From: a virus
Lineage: Duplodnaviria > Caudoviricetes
DNA length: 64,000 bases
Strand: one strand, 5' to 3'
IMG/VR virus record: IMGVR_UViG_3300037067_006044
Span: 37,565-101,564 of that record
Positions within the stretch are counted from its first letter, which is position 1. Each line of letters opens with the position of its first letter. The notes below the pieces were generated by a model. It did no database searches. It had not been told where the DNA came from and saw nothing but the letters and a program-made list of their open reading frames with translations. The translations under genes were made by a program, and so were the position numbers. Below, in pieces: positions 1-11,116 of this stretch.

Positions 1-226
1 AACTGATTGATTTTATAAATGAATTACCAGATAATGAACAATCAAAATATCTCTATACTCATTATAAGTATGGTAAATAAGATTGTTATTTTTAATGTTA
101 AAAGTAACATAACATCAATTTTCAGATTAATATTTATAAGGAATTTATATTTTTATATGTAAAAATAACAAAATACAGATATTTGTAGTATAGTTTTTAA
201 ATGTTTAATCTTAAAATTTAAAAATT

Positions 227-631
227 ATGTTACCAAAACAATTTTACAATTCAAACTCGTTATTAGATTTATTATTTAATGAATTCCATGATAATAAATC
301 AGAAACATTATTTGAACCATATTCAAATATTAAAGAAACTGATAAAGAATATAAAGTAGAATTAGCAATTCCAGGATTAGAAAAAGATGATATTAAAATC
401 ACAATTAAAAAAAATATGTTAATTATATCTTCTAATAAACAATATGAAAATAAAGAAGAAGACAAAGGATATTTTAGAAAAGAATTTAATTATAGTAAGT
501 TTGAACAAAAATATAAACTTCCAATTGAAATTAAAAAAGAAGATATAAAAGCTAATTATAAGAATGGAATTCTTTATATTGCTATTCCTAAATCTGAAAT
601 AGAAGAAGATAAATATATTGAAATCAACTAA
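227..631 (+). CDS. Hsp20/alpha-crystallin small heat-shock protein
   Basis: NIKETDKEYKVELAIPG...KANYKNGILYIAIPK alpha-crystallin signature. Confidence 0.95.
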   Translation: MLPKQFYNSNSLLDLLFNEFHDNKSETLFEPYSNIKETDKEYKVELAIPGLEKDDIKITIKKNMLIISSNKQYENKEEDKGYFRKEFNYSKFEQKYKLPIEIKKEDIKANYKNGILYIAIPKSEIEEDKYIEIN

Positions 632-734
632 TTTAAACAACTCTATTTCTTTTATTATACTTGAATAGATAGTTTATTAGAGTTAGAGAAATGTATGTAG
701 AATTAAATAATTTTAATGATATTTATAAGAAGAG

Positions 735-768
735 AAAACACCAAAACTAATTATAGAATTGGTGTTTT
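735..768. terminator. Bidirectional intrinsic terminator-like hairpin
   Basis: AAAACACCAA...TTGGTGTTTT inverted repeat between convergent genes; related hairpins near 26795-26827 and 60194-60230. Confidence 0.6.
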
Positions 769-788
769 AAATTTTAAATAAATTGTGA

Positions 789-1199
789 TTAATTAAATAA
801 ATCTACAAGTTCTTCTAAAAATGAATAAACATAATAATATCCTTCATCTCGTTTTTTATCCCATGCTAAATCCCAAACTTTAGTTCTACTCTTTTCTGGA
901 ATTTTATTTAGTCCAGATTGTTCTGTTATGAATTCTTCTAAATAAGAATTGATTTCTTGATTAAGAATATTATAATTTTTTTTATCGGCTTCATATTTTG
1001 CTAATCTTGTTTCAAATGTTTCAACTAAATCTGCATATTCTCTAATTTCTTTAGAAGTTGCATTTGATTTAAGATTTGGTTTACTTGGTTTTTCAACCCA
1101 TTTTGGTCTTTCTGCTTCAATATATTGAATAATTTCACTAACTGAAGAATATTCTAACGTTGATTTTACTGTTTGTTTTATTGTTTCTAAAGTTGTCAT
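789..1199 (-). CDS. hypothetical phage protein
   Basis: 136-aa ORF directly downstream of a Bacteroidota-type promoter. Confidence 0.75.
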   Translation of the reverse strand: MTTLETIKQTVKSTLEYSSVSEIIQYIEAERPKWVEKPSKPNLKSNATSKEIREYADLVETFETRLAKYEADKKNYNILNQEINSYLEEFITEQSGLNKIPEKSRTKVWDLAWDKKRDEGYYYVYSFLEELVDLFN

Positions 1200-1233
1200 A
1201 TATTTAAGTTTTAAATTGTTTTATTTAACTCTA

Positions 1234-1264
1234 CAAATATAAAACAATTTCTTCAATCTACAAA
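1234..1264 (-). promoter_or_regulatory. Bacteroidota sigma70-type promoter
   Basis: TTTG-N19-TATATTTG on minus strand. Confidence 0.75.
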
Positions 1265-1474
1265 ATAAAAACCAATTAAAATTTAATTTTTAACATTTAT
1301 TAACAAAAAGAAAACTCTAATCATCTGAATAATTGGAGCTTAAAATATTTATTAATTTTTATATTTATTCATCAACTTGTCAAATGTTTGTTATTCTTAA
1401 TTGTTATGAATAATAATTAATTATAAAATCCTTTTCCTTTAATAGTTAGAAATAATAATACAATCTCTATTGTT

Positions 1475-1955
1475 CTGACTCTTCAGCTTGAAAAGTTTTC
1501 TAACTATACTGTTCAAAATAATCATCCAAAACCAGTTTTATTCCTTTTTTCTGTAATGAATTCGGAATAAACCATTTTGTACTTTTATCTTGAACTAATA
1601 ATTTAGAACTTAAAACGTTTAAGTCCTTGTATTGTTTTATATTTTGACTTGCATTCGAATCCGCATTTTCTTCATGATTACAATTTAAGCAATGGAAGTC
1701 TTCTTGTGATTTTCTATTTTCTGGATATATATACCCGCATTTTGAACATCTTTGTGATGTATAATAACTCGGAATGATTGAAAGTTGTATATATTTTTTA
1801 GAGCATATAGAATGCAGATAGTTTTTTATGTTGTTTAATCTCATCAAAGAAGCAATTCTACTTGTTTTCATTCCATCAATCTTAAAGAATGATTTTTCTT
1901 TAAAATTTAAATCTTCAATTACAAGATGACCATAACCTTCTTTTTTACATATCCG
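1475..1955 (-). pseudogene. tnpB: 5'-truncated IS200/IS605-type TnpB remnant with right-end hairpin
   Basis: Frame extends upstream of the ORF call to HLVIEDL (RuvC-II), then YTSQRCSKCG...FHCLNCNHEENADSNASQNI (Zn ribbon, RuvC-III); CTTTTCA-AGC-TGAAGAG-TCAG hairpin after the stop. Confidence 0.85.
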
Positions 1956-2061
1956 AGTTTTCCGGTATAAGTATCACTTCTTAAATTAAATCCAACTTTG
2001 CATTTTGTTGGAATAAATAACTGATTATTACTCATTTTATAAATTATTAAAAATTAAATAT

Positions 2062-2250
2062 TTAAGTTTTTTCTTCGAAATCTATATTTTCATCTAAAAT
2101 ACAAGAATAATCTTTTGTTATTTTATAACTTGGTTCCTTAGAACAATGATCAGTATCTTTTGTATCATCTCTTAAAGCACTAAATTTATCTGTTTCTTCT
2201 TCTGTTCCTTTAATAAAATACACACACCATTTACAGATTTTGTTAATCAT
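2062..2250 (-). CDS. small hypothetical protein
   Basis: 62-aa ORF in the minus-strand gene run. Confidence 0.55.
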   Translation of the reverse strand: MINKICKWCVYFIKGTEEETDKFSALRDDTKDTDHCSKEPSYKITKDYSCILDENIDFEEKT

Positions 2251-2294
2251 AAATTCTTATTGTTTTAGTTATACATATATTTTATTTATAAATA

Positions 2295-2855
2295 TTAAGA
2301 ATTATTATTTTTATATTCCTCTATCATTCTTCTTACCTTTTGTCTAAAACCACCATCTAATATTTTCTCATAATGAAGCATATTTGCTAATTCATGAATT
2401 TTCCAACTTATTTCTCCATACTTGTCAATTAATTCATTATATTCTTTTAATTCATCTAAAACAGTTTTATCTAATATTAGTTCTAATTGAATATTATCAT
2501 CAAATAATTTCTTATTCAAACATTTTAATTCAAATAATTCCTTTTCTGATGATTGTAATGCTTTATGATATTCCTCTAACCAAGTAATTAGAGATTGAGA
2601 TGAACATTTATTTAAATCTGGTTTTCCTAACATAGAATCTTCAAAATCAATTCTATCATATTCTGGCAATATTGTTTTACTTGTTTCTTCTGTTAAATTA
2701 GAAGTCCAAACTTCTGGTTGTTCGTTTCTTTTAAACGAATCTAAAACTTCTTGATTTTCTAATTCATAATTATCAGGAATATTGTGAATTTTCAAATACC
2801 AATTGACAAAATCTATAACATTATTATCAGTCCAATTAAATTCTTTATTTTCCAT
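2295..2855 (-). CDS. hypothetical protein
   Basis: 186-aa ORF, co-oriented. Confidence 0.75.
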   Translation of the reverse strand: MENKEFNWTDNNVIDFVNWYLKIHNIPDNYELENQEVLDSFKRNEQPEVWTSNLTEETSKTILPEYDRIDFEDSMLGKPDLNKCSSQSLITWLEEYHKALQSSEKELFELKCLNKKLFDDNIQLELILDKTVLDELKEYNELIDKYGEISWKIHELANMLHYEKILDGGFRQKVRRMIEEYKNNNS

Positions 2856-3013
2856 TTTTTGTTTTCTTTTTTGTTATTTCTTGATATGCAAATTTATTGT
2901 ACATACCTAAATTGCATAATTCTTCAAATCTTTTTACTTTTTTAGGATTGAAAATACAATAAAATCCGATAATTAATGCTTGTTTTATAGTTAATCCTTC
3001 TAAATTTGTTTTT

Positions 3014-3391
3014 TTATTTTCCATTTTTATTCATATAAAAATTAATAAATTCTACAACTGAGTTATAAACAGCTTCAATTGGTTCTAATCCACCATTATT
3101 GTCATTAATAAAATTAATTGCTTTATCATATTTATTTCCAATATAGCAAATTCGACAAGTGGTAACAATAGAATAAGAAATTTCAACAATACAACCAGTA
3201 TTATTTATTTTCTTAATAATTTCCATTAATAAATTCCAATTTTTATTTGGATTAAAATAATTAATATTTTCAAAATCAAATGCACTATCTTCATTACCAA
3301 ATATTAAAGACAAATTATCTCTATAATGAAATTCAGTAACATCATAATTCATGAATTTTGCAATATTTTTATTATCTTCTATTATTGACAT
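3014..3391 (-). CDS. hypothetical phage protein
   Basis: 125-aa ORF, tight operon spacing. Confidence 0.75.
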   Translation of the reverse strand: MSIIEDNKNIAKFMNYDVTEFHYRDNLSLIFGNEDSAFDFENINYFNPNKNWNLLMEIIKKINNTGCIVEISYSIVTTCRICYIGNKYDKAINFINDNNGGLEPIEAVYNSVVEFINFYMNKNGK

Positions 3392-3395
3392 AATT

Positions 3396-3923
3396 TTATT
3401 TTTTAATTATTTCATTATAAATCTTATCAATTATTTCATTTATATCTCCACTCCAAATATATTCGTCTAATTCATTTTCTATTACTCCTGTTTTAGTATT
3501 ATATTCTTTCAAGTAAGAATTAAGAATAGATTCTAATTTTGTTTTAATGTGATTTGGTTTATAGAAATTATAAAATATATTTTCTTCATTATAATCTATT
3601 AATTGATTAGTTTTAGGATGTTTAAATTGTCCATTTATTTTTCCATTGTTTATATGAGTTTTAGTTAGTTCATATAAATTTTCATTTTCTTTTAAATAAT
3701 AACGAACATTTAATTCATTTGGAAATAATATACAATAAGTAAGAATATTGTCCATCCAATTATATTCATTCCATTCATTGTAATGATTCTGAATGTTGTT
3801 AATATTTAAAATATGTTTGTCAGAATAATATTCTAAATAATTGCAAATCTTTTTAAGATAATCAACATGAGTTAAATCATCAATTTTAAAATCGATATAA
3901 TCAAATATTTCGGTTGTAGTCAT
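3396..3923 (-). CDS. hypothetical protein
   Basis: 175-aa ORF with start/stop overlap. Confidence 0.75.
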   Translation of the reverse strand: MTTTEIFDYIDFKIDDLTHVDYLKKICNYLEYYSDKHILNINNIQNHYNEWNEYNWMDNILTYCILFPNELNVRYYLKENENLYELTKTHINNGKINGQFKHPKTNQLIDYNEENIFYNFYKPNHIKTKLESILNSYLKEYNTKTGVIENELDEYIWSGDINEIIDKIYNEIIKK

Positions 3924-4213
3924 TATATTAAATTAAATCTGTTTTTAATAATACTCATATATCCATTAATTAAAATATAAACAATATTTGCATGTTGTCC
4001 TTTTTCTTGTACTTCTCTATTATTATTAAAAGATGATAGAAAAGATATTTCTTCTACAAAATCAATTATTGTTTGGTTATATTCTTTTTGTGTTTTAGAT
4101 TTCTTTAACATTTCTTTTAAACGTAATTGTTCTGATTTTGTTAAATCTTCTTCAGTTAATTCTAAGATTGAAGTTTTAAAATCTTCATTTGTTTCTTCTA
4201 TATAATTTCTCAT
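3923..4213 (-). CDS. hypothetical protein
   Basis: 96-aa ORF, TAATG coupling. Confidence 0.7.
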   Translation of the reverse strand: MRNYIEETNEDFKTSILELTEEDLTKSEQLRLKEMLKKSKTQKEYNQTIIDFVEEISFLSSFNNNREVQEKGQHANIVYILINGYMSIIKNRFNLI

Positions 4214-4248
4214 AATTAAAATATAAATTAAATTGTTAAACTTAAAAA

Positions 4249-5205
4249 TTATTTTCTTATATAATTTGGTAATTCATTAAATTCTAAACTTGGATTCATG
4301 TCTTGCAAATCCATACTTTCTTTAGGTGAATCTTGATAATAACAAATATAATATTTTTTAGTAATGGTAGATTGAACAATTATTTCTTTATTAACTCCAT
4401 GTCTCCATTCTCCTGTTAAATTAATTTCTATAATTTCAACACCATCGAATTCATCATTAATAATATTTAAAGCATATTTAGAAAATAAATGTTCTTCATC
4501 CATTTGTAATTCTTCAGCCAAATTAACAGCAGTTTCTAAAGTATAATCAACTCCAATAACTTTTTTATATTTATCAAGAATATTGATTGCTTCCTTTACT
4601 TCTTTTTGTTTTCTTAATTCTTGTTCTTTTTTAATTTGTTCATTATATTCTAATTGTTTTCTGTCAATAGCATATTTATCTATTTGTGATTTAAAAATTT
4701 CTAAATCTTTAATAGCTTGTTCATATCCATCATTAGTAATACAATTTCTATATAAATCTGTTAAATAACCAGAAGTGTGTGTTATTTCTTTCTTTTTATG
4801 AGAACGATTAGAAGGATATTCATATGTTGTATATGATTCATAAATTCCGATTGATTCAAATAATTTGCAAACATGATTATAAATCTTTTTATTTATTTCT
4901 AAATTTGGTAGATTTGTCTTATGTAATTCTTCTACTTCATTTTTTAATTTATTATAATCGTTGGTTGCTAATTGCACAACTTTTTCAATAGAATTTTTAC
5001 CATAACTATTATTATCTGTTTCATAATAACTTATAAATCCTCTTCTACTTCCTGTTATTCTTAAACAATTTTGAATCTGTTGTATTTTAATTCCTTCCGG
5101 AATTAATGATGATTTCAATGAATTATATTCTTCTTTCATTTTTGTTAATGATTCTTGAATATATTCTATTCCTTGTTCAAATGCTTTATCTTTATAAAAA
5201 AACAT
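4249..5205 (-). CDS. hypothetical coiled-coil phage protein
   Basis: 318-aa ORF. Confidence 0.8.
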   Translation of the reverse strand: MFFYKDKAFEQGIEYIQESLTKMKEEYNSLKSSLIPEGIKIQQIQNCLRITGSRRGFISYYETDNNSYGKNSIEKVVQLATNDYNKLKNEVEELHKTNLPNLEINKKIYNHVCKLFESIGIYESYTTYEYPSNRSHKKKEITHTSGYLTDLYRNCITNDGYEQAIKDLEIFKSQIDKYAIDRKQLEYNEQIKKEQELRKQKEVKEAINILDKYKKVIGVDYTLETAVNLAEELQMDEEHLFSKYALNIINDEFDGVEIIEINLTGEWRHGVNKEIIVQSTITKKYYICYYQDSPKESMDLQDMNPSLEFNELPNYIRK

Positions 5206-5216
5206 AATTTTAAAAT

Positions 5217-5591
5217 TTAAGTAGTTAAAATAAAAGGTACAATCATATCTTGCTTCATTAATGAATTTATATCATTGTCTTTTTTCATAATAGTAAATAA
5301 TTCATCTATATGAGGATATTTAAAAATTAATTTATTTTGATTAAACATATAAACTAATTCTTTAGCAGTTAAATTAATCATTTCTATAACTTCATCTTTA
5401 GATGTTTTTATATTTTTTATAACTTCAAAATCAACTATTAATAAAAATTGATTATCTATTTCATATTTTTTATGAATAGCATGAATAATTGGATATCTAT
5501 TAACAGATTTAAAATCTGTCAAATCTTCTGAATATGATGATGTTAATAGTATTCTTTGGTCATCATTATAATAAAAATGTAATTTTTTCAT
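5217..5591 (-). CDS. hypothetical protein
   Basis: 124-aa ORF. Confidence 0.7.
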   Translation of the reverse strand: MKKLHFYYNDDQRILLTSSYSEDLTDFKSVNRYPIIHAIHKKYEIDNQFLLIVDFEVIKNIKTSKDEVIEMINLTAKELVYMFNQNKLIFKYPHIDELFTIMKKDNDINSLMKQDMIVPFILTT

Positions 5592-5610
5592 TTTTAATTA
5601 ATTTAATTGT

Positions 5611-5937
5611 TTAAAATCCTTCTTTAACTTTTATACACATACTAAAATCGTCTAAAATATTTGATAATTCTTCATTATGAGATTCATAAAAATCTCTTAA
5701 TTTATCTAACATATCAACAATAAATACAGAATTAAACGAATATCTTAAATATTCTATATTAGATTTAATAATGTGATAATAACTTATTTCTAATACAGAT
5801 TGTTTTAATTGAGTATCGAAATTATCATTATTTTTTGATATATCATTATACTCACTTTCAATTTCATTTATTTCACATTGAAACATAAAAATAATATGTT
5901 CCATTTTTTGTTTTAATTCTTTGGTTTCTAATTTCAT
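5611..5937 (-). CDS. hypothetical protein
   Basis: 108-aa ORF. Confidence 0.7.
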   Translation of the reverse strand: MKLETKELKQKMEHIIFMFQCEINEIESEYNDISKNNDNFDTQLKQSVLEISYYHIIKSNIEYLRYSFNSVFIVDMLDKLRDFYESHNEELSNILDDFSMCIKVKEGF

Positions 5938-6345
5938 ATTTAAATTTATTTTTTATTATATTCTTTTAAATTAATTTTTAATATCGTTTAATCATAACTG
6001 TTAAGAATAAAAAATAAATTATAATGTAAACACAATCTATTTCTAATCCTAATAAAGCAACATCATTTTCTCCTTCAATATAAAATATTGCAAATCCAAA
6101 TTTACTTATTTTTAATATTTTCATAGTTTTACTTTTTTATAAATAATTTAATAATTCCAAAACTATTATTTATGATAATTGATAATCCTAAAGACGAATA
6201 TAAGAAAATAAATCCTAAATCATATTTATCAATTAACATTAAAATAAACCCAAATATCAGTAATTAAGTCAGAATCTAATTTATTTATTCTATTTAATGA
6301 TTTAGAAGATAAAAATATGAACATATTATTTTTTATTTTGTTATT

Positions 6346-6822
6346 TTAAAAATTGTCGTTATCATGTCCACAATGTTTTGTTTTTCTAATTTCTAATTCT
6401 TCATCTGTCTCATATCTTAATCCTCTTAATTGATATTCTCCATAATATACTTCAATTTTTGACCAACCATCATTTAAAAGTGTTTGATGTCTATTTTTTA
6501 AATGTTGAATTAATTCCTCTATTGTGCTATTTCTTTTAATTTTTTCAAATTGAGATGTAATTGGTTCTAATATTAGAATATTTTCTTTAAATAATTCGGA
6601 GTAATTATCAGAGCCAGAATTAAAATTTAATTGTAAATATCCATGATCATTTATCATTTCAATATCAACAAAATCATTTAATTTTAAATTCATTTCTTTA
6701 AATATGTCTTTATCGAAATTTCTAACTTCAAATATTCTTTTTTCTTCATATATTAAACAATTCAAAGAAATAAAATTATCAGATATTTCAATTACTTTTG
6801 ATTTTATATATTCTTTATTCAT
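6346..6822 (-). CDS. hypothetical protein
   Basis: 158-aa ORF. Confidence 0.7.
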   Translation of the reverse strand: MNKEYIKSKVIEISDNFISLNCLIYEEKRIFEVRNFDKDIFKEMNLKLNDFVDIEMINDHGYLQLNFNSGSDNYSELFKENILILEPITSQFEKIKRNSTIEELIQHLKNRHQTLLNDGWSKIEVYYGEYQLRGLRYETDEELEIRKTKHCGHDNDNF

Positions 6823-6826
6823 AATA

Positions 6827-6858
6827 CAAATTTAAACAAAATAAATTTAATAAACAAA
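6827..6858 (-). promoter_or_regulatory. Bacteroidota sigma70-type promoter
   Basis: TTTG-N20-TAAATTTG. Confidence 0.65.
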
Positions 6859-7254
6859 TTAAATATCAGAAATGTTTGTAATTTCTGTTAATAAAGTTAA
6901 TTTTAATTCTGCTGTTTCAAGTGCTAATTTATATCTAATAATTAAAGATTGAATTAAATCGATATATTCACCTGAACTTTTACATATAAATTCGGAAGGA
7001 ATATTTCTTTCGTTTTTAGGTAATATTTGTTCTGTGTCTAAATCATTTATTTTAATTTCTTCATACCAATATTCAACTTCATCTACAGAATATCGTTCAT
7101 TTATTTTAATTCCGTACCAATGTTTATCTTCAGAAATCCATTTTAGATTTGTTCCTATTCCTAATATTGGAGCAGAAGTTGAAAGATTGACAAAATACCA
7201 TTTATCTTTAGTTGGTAATCTTTCACTACATTTAACTTGTTTTAAATATTTCAT
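6859..7254 (-). CDS. hypothetical protein (DUF551-like N-terminus)
   Basis: VKCSERLP start motif typical of DUF551-like phage proteins. Confidence 0.6.
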   Translation of the reverse strand: MKYLKQVKCSERLPTKDKWYFVNLSTSAPILGIGTNLKWISEDKHWYGIKINERYSVDEVEYWYEEIKINDLDTEQILPKNERNIPSEFICKSSGEYIDLIQSLIIRYKLALETAELKLTLLTEITNISDI

Positions 7255-7255
7255 T

Positions 7256-7510
7256 TTAATTTGTTGTTATTACTTTTGATAAATAATCTATACTAAAATC
7301 AATCATTTTATCATTATTATTTTCATCTATAAAATGAATTTTTCCAAATAAAATGTTATTAGTAATATCAATATTAAAAACATTTGTATTAAAAGATAAT
7401 TCAGAACTTAATTTTTGTATTAGAATATTTTTAAATTCTTCGATTTTACTATCAGAAACAAAGTATATAATTGTTTCTATTAATTTTCCTCTTAATGATT
7501 TATTTTCCAT
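7256..7510 (-). CDS. hypothetical protein
   Basis: 84-aa ORF in operon. Confidence 0.6.
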   Translation of the reverse strand: MENKSLRGKLIETIIYFVSDSKIEEFKNILIQKLSSELSFNTNVFNIDITNNILFGKIHFIDENNNDKMIDFSIDYLSKVITTN

Positions 7511-7512
7511 TT

Positions 7513-7800
7513 TTATTTATTATTTTGTTCATTTAAATATTCATTCCATTCTTCTCTTGTTAATAAATGAGTACCATTCATTATAATTTGATTTGGTAAA
7601 TTAGCAGTAGAACAAATATTTGGATTATGGTTTGGCAATTCATCTGCTGTTCTTATTGTACTTTGTCCTAATGGTCTAAAAATAATAATATCTAAAACAT
7701 TTTCGCATTCATAAACAATTCCTTCTTTAAAGACATTATTTTTATCAATTCCTAATAATAGTTTTCTTTCATCTGGCAACACTACAAATCTTGTTTTCAT
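7513..7800 (-). CDS. hypothetical protein
   Basis: 95-aa ORF in operon. Confidence 0.7.
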   Translation of the reverse strand: MKTRFVVLPDERKLLLGIDKNNVFKEGIVYECENVLDIIIFRPLGQSTIRTADELPNHNPNICSTANLPNQIIMNGTHLLTREEWNEYLNEQNNK

Positions 7801-7811
7801 AAATTATATTT

Positions 7812-9965
7812 TTAAAAGTTAAATAAATTTTTAGTTGTTTTATAATTGTTATTGAATTTTAATTTAAATTCGTCTGAATCTAATATTTCAATTCCTAAAT
7901 CTATTGCTTTTTGTTCTTTACCACTCCCACTACCTTTATATTTTACAATTAGATATTTAACATTTTTTGATATTCCACTTTTAACTTCTCCTCCATTATC
8001 TATAATATATTTTTCCATTTCATCATCTCTAAATCCAGTAAATACAAATGATAACCCGGTTAAAGAACCTTGTTTAGGTTGGGAAATTGTTTGTGTTTTA
8101 ATATTAATAAACTGTTCAATTTCTTTATAAAACAAATTAAATTTATCAATGTTATTTAAATAATCATTAACTAATATATCAGATAATCCATTTATTTCAA
8201 TTAATTCTTTTAATGATGGATTTTGATTTTTAGATTCTAATATGTAATCATTAATAAGTTTTAATTTCTTACTACCAGATTTCTTAAAACATCCTGAAGC
8301 ATGTTGTAATGTACTTAAATCAACATCTTTTAATTTTTTGTGAATATTATTAAAAACTATTTCTGCTTTTCTATTTCCAAATCCTTCAAAAGTTTTTAAT
8401 TTATTAATATCTAATTGTAATACTTTTAAAATAGAATCATATCCTTCTTCATATAAAATTCTAAATGTACTTTCTTTTACTTCCTCTACTCCAATTGTAT
8501 CAAAAAAAGAACTAATTACTTTTATTCTTTGTTCTTTACAATTATTATGATTAGTACAAACAAGATGAGTTTCATTTTCATCCCATTTTAATTTAGTATT
8601 ACATGATGGACAATATTCTTTTAAAAAAGAATGATTTTTAATTTCTTCTTTTCTAATTTCAATTAATTTTTCGACTGCCAAATCATATTCTTTAGTAGAA
8701 TTATATAAATGTTTAAAAGGAATTTTATGTCCATTAACACTAATAATTTTAGGTATAACTTCTCCAGAACGAATAACTTCTATTTTAGTTCCTGGAAATA
8801 ATCCAAACTGAAAAACATTATTATAATTATTTAAAGTACAATTTTCTATTTTTGCACCACCAATAAAAACGGGATTAATTTCTCCGACTGGTTGAATATT
8901 TCCTCTTTTTGAAACTTCATCTACAATATTATTTAAAACTGTTTCATAAGCTGTTTCAAAGTTTCCTTTATAAGCAAATGAAAAATTTGGATTTCCTTCT
9001 TTATGAATTCCTAATTTATTTCTTAAATCAACTGAATTAATATCTATTACAATTCCATCACATTCATATTCAGAATTAAATTCATTATAAATATCATTTA
9101 ACAATTCTTCTGTTAATTCTGATATTTTGTGTTTTTTATATTGAACTTTTACATTGTTTAATTCATTACAAATATCTAATTGTTTGTCTTTATTGTATAT
9201 TTGTTTTCCTTCTAAATTAAAATGATTGTAACGAATATAATCACAAATAGTAATGTCTTTATTTACTTCATCTTTATTAATAAATCCAGATACAGTATTT
9301 CTTGCTGCCTTAGGAATATCAATTTTAGAATTTAATTTTTGTTCTTGTAATTTTCTTTCTTGATATTGTTTAAAATTTGATTTAGAAATAATAACTTCTC
9401 CCGAAGTATAACAATGGGATTCTGATAATTTATTATTTGATTTTTCAATTGTATTTAAATGTTCTGTAGAATTTCTACCATAATCAGAATCCCCTCTTGT
9501 CCATGATTTTAAACTTGTTTCATTTCTGAGTTGGGATAATCCATCATATTTAGGAGATAAAACTACATCAGTAGAAGTTGGAATATTATGTCTTTTACAC
9601 CAATTAAGAATATCATTTATAGATTTGAATTTATCTAATGATCCCATTATAATTGGAAGTTTTTCTTTTCTACTATCTTTATCACTTACATTATATCCAA
9701 TTTGGAAAAATGAATCATTTGGTTTAAAATCTTTTAATAATTCATAAACTACATCATATTCTTTATCAGTTACAATACTTTCTCCTGTTCTATATGAAAT
9801 ATTCCATTCTGTAAGATATGTTTTTAATTCATCTAAAAATTTATTCCATTCTTCTTTAGATGGGAGATTATTTATTTTATATGAATTTGTTAATTGATTA
9901 ATTATAATATCTAAATTATAATTACAATCTTTTATAAGTTTTAATAATATTTCTTGTGAATTCAT
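7812..9965 (-). CDS. ligA: NAD-dependent DNA ligase
   Basis: KYDG adenylation motif, WTRGD, GEV, DGIVI, RSGEVIP OB-fold, CPSC zinc finger, C-terminal BRCT (FVFTG...GGEV). Confidence 0.95.
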   Translation of the reverse strand: MNSQEILLKLIKDCNYNLDIIINQLTNSYKINNLPSKEEWNKFLDELKTYLTEWNISYRTGESIVTDKEYDVVYELLKDFKPNDSFFQIGYNVSDKDSRKEKLPIIMGSLDKFKSINDILNWCKRHNIPTSTDVVLSPKYDGLSQLRNETSLKSWTRGDSDYGRNSTEHLNTIEKSNNKLSESHCYTSGEVIISKSNFKQYQERKLQEQKLNSKIDIPKAARNTVSGFINKDEVNKDITICDYIRYNHFNLEGKQIYNKDKQLDICNELNNVKVQYKKHKISELTEELLNDIYNEFNSEYECDGIVIDINSVDLRNKLGIHKEGNPNFSFAYKGNFETAYETVLNNIVDEVSKRGNIQPVGEINPVFIGGAKIENCTLNNYNNVFQFGLFPGTKIEVIRSGEVIPKIISVNGHKIPFKHLYNSTKEYDLAVEKLIEIRKEEIKNHSFLKEYCPSCNTKLKWDENETHLVCTNHNNCKEQRIKVISSFFDTIGVEEVKESTFRILYEEGYDSILKVLQLDINKLKTFEGFGNRKAEIVFNNIHKKLKDVDLSTLQHASGCFKKSGSKKLKLINDYILESKNQNPSLKELIEINGLSDILVNDYLNNIDKFNLFYKEIEQFINIKTQTISQPKQGSLTGLSFVFTGFRDDEMEKYIIDNGGEVKSGISKNVKYLIVKYKGSGSGKEQKAIDLGIEILDSDEFKLKFNNNYKTTKNLFNF

Positions 9966-10120
9966 AAATTAAGTTTTAATTATATTTATCTATTCCATAT
10001 TTTTCTACAAATTTAATATGAGACAATTTCTTTAATTCTATGTCTTTATATAATCTATAAATTAAATATACTTTTGTCTTTAATATGTGAATTTTAATAA
10101 TGTCCATTTTATTATTTTTA

Positions 10121-10151
10121 CAAAGTTAATAATAAATTTTAAATAAACAAA
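10121..10151 (-). promoter_or_regulatory. Bacteroidota sigma70-type promoter
   Basis: TTTG-N19-TAACTTTG. Confidence 0.7.
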
Positions 10152-10553
10152 TTATTTATCCAATTTATTTTTTAAAATATCAATACATTTAATTATTCCT
10201 GCTTCTTCAGCATCTTCTGTTGTTTCAAATCCTTGTACTTTTTCTCCCAATTTATTCATTTGATCTTTATCATAATCTATTCCGTTATGAATATTATTTT
10301 CATCAAATACACCAATTATATAAACGAATCCTAATAGTTTGCGTTTATAATAACTGTTCGGCATAGTTGAAATATGAATATTATGAACATCTCTAAACCA
10401 CTTAATTACTAATGATTGAGTAGGAGCAACATATTCAATATTTCCGTCTTCATGAAAATCATTTATATATAAACTATAATCTTTCCAATTAAATCCTAAT
10501 TCCTGTAATTGCTTTGATATTTCATAATTGCTTATTTTTAATTCTTGCTCCAT
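10152..10553 (-). CDS. hypothetical phage protein
   Basis: 133-aa ORF with APTQSLVIKWFRDVHNIHI motif. Confidence 0.75.
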   Translation of the reverse strand: MEQELKISNYEISKQLQELGFNWKDYSLYINDFHEDGNIEYVAPTQSLVIKWFRDVHNIHISTMPNSYYKRKLLGFVYIIGVFDENNIHNGIDYDKDQMNKLGEKVQGFETTEDAEEAGIIKCIDILKNKLDK

Positions 10554-10555
10554 AA

Positions 10556-11116
10556 TTATTTTAAATTATTAATTAATATTTCTTTTATTTGATTATAACT
10601 AATTGGAAAATATTCGTGATTATTAACACCAACATCTAACTGATAGTTTTGTTTATATGAATTATTTCCGTGACAATGACCATGTAAATTCCAACTTTTA
10701 TAATGGTTTTTATTCCATTCTGTTAAAGGATAATGACAAAGAGTTATTAGTTGATAATATTCTTCCCCTTTATCATTTTTATCCAATACACTTATTTCTA
10801 AATAATTTCCAATAAATTCAAAATATTTAGATAAATAGTTTTTATAATCTTTTTCATTATCATGATTTCCGAATATCAAATATTTTTTACCATTTAATCT
10901 CTGAAGTATTTCTTCTATTTTGGTTCTATTTGCAAATGCTAAATCTCCTAAATGAAATATTATATCATTTTTACCAATCACTAAATTCCAATTATGAATT
11001 ATTTGTTCATTCATATTTTCAACATCTAAAAACGGTCTATTATCATATTTCATAATATTGGAATGATAGAAATGAGTATCGGATGTGAAAAACATATTTT
11101 GAGTTTGTATTTTCAT
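10556..11116 (-). CDS. calcineurin-like metallophosphoesterase
   Basis: SDTHF, LGD, GNHD, HYP, HGHCH motifs. Confidence 0.92.
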   Translation of the reverse strand: MKIQTQNMFFTSDTHFYHSNIMKYDNRPFLDVENMNEQIIHNWNLVIGKNDIIFHLGDLAFANRTKIEEILQRLNGKKYLIFGNHDNEKDYKNYLSKYFEFIGNYLEISVLDKNDKGEEYYQLITLCHYPLTEWNKNHYKSWNLHGHCHGNNSYKQNYQLDVGVNNHEYFPISYNQIKEILINNLK

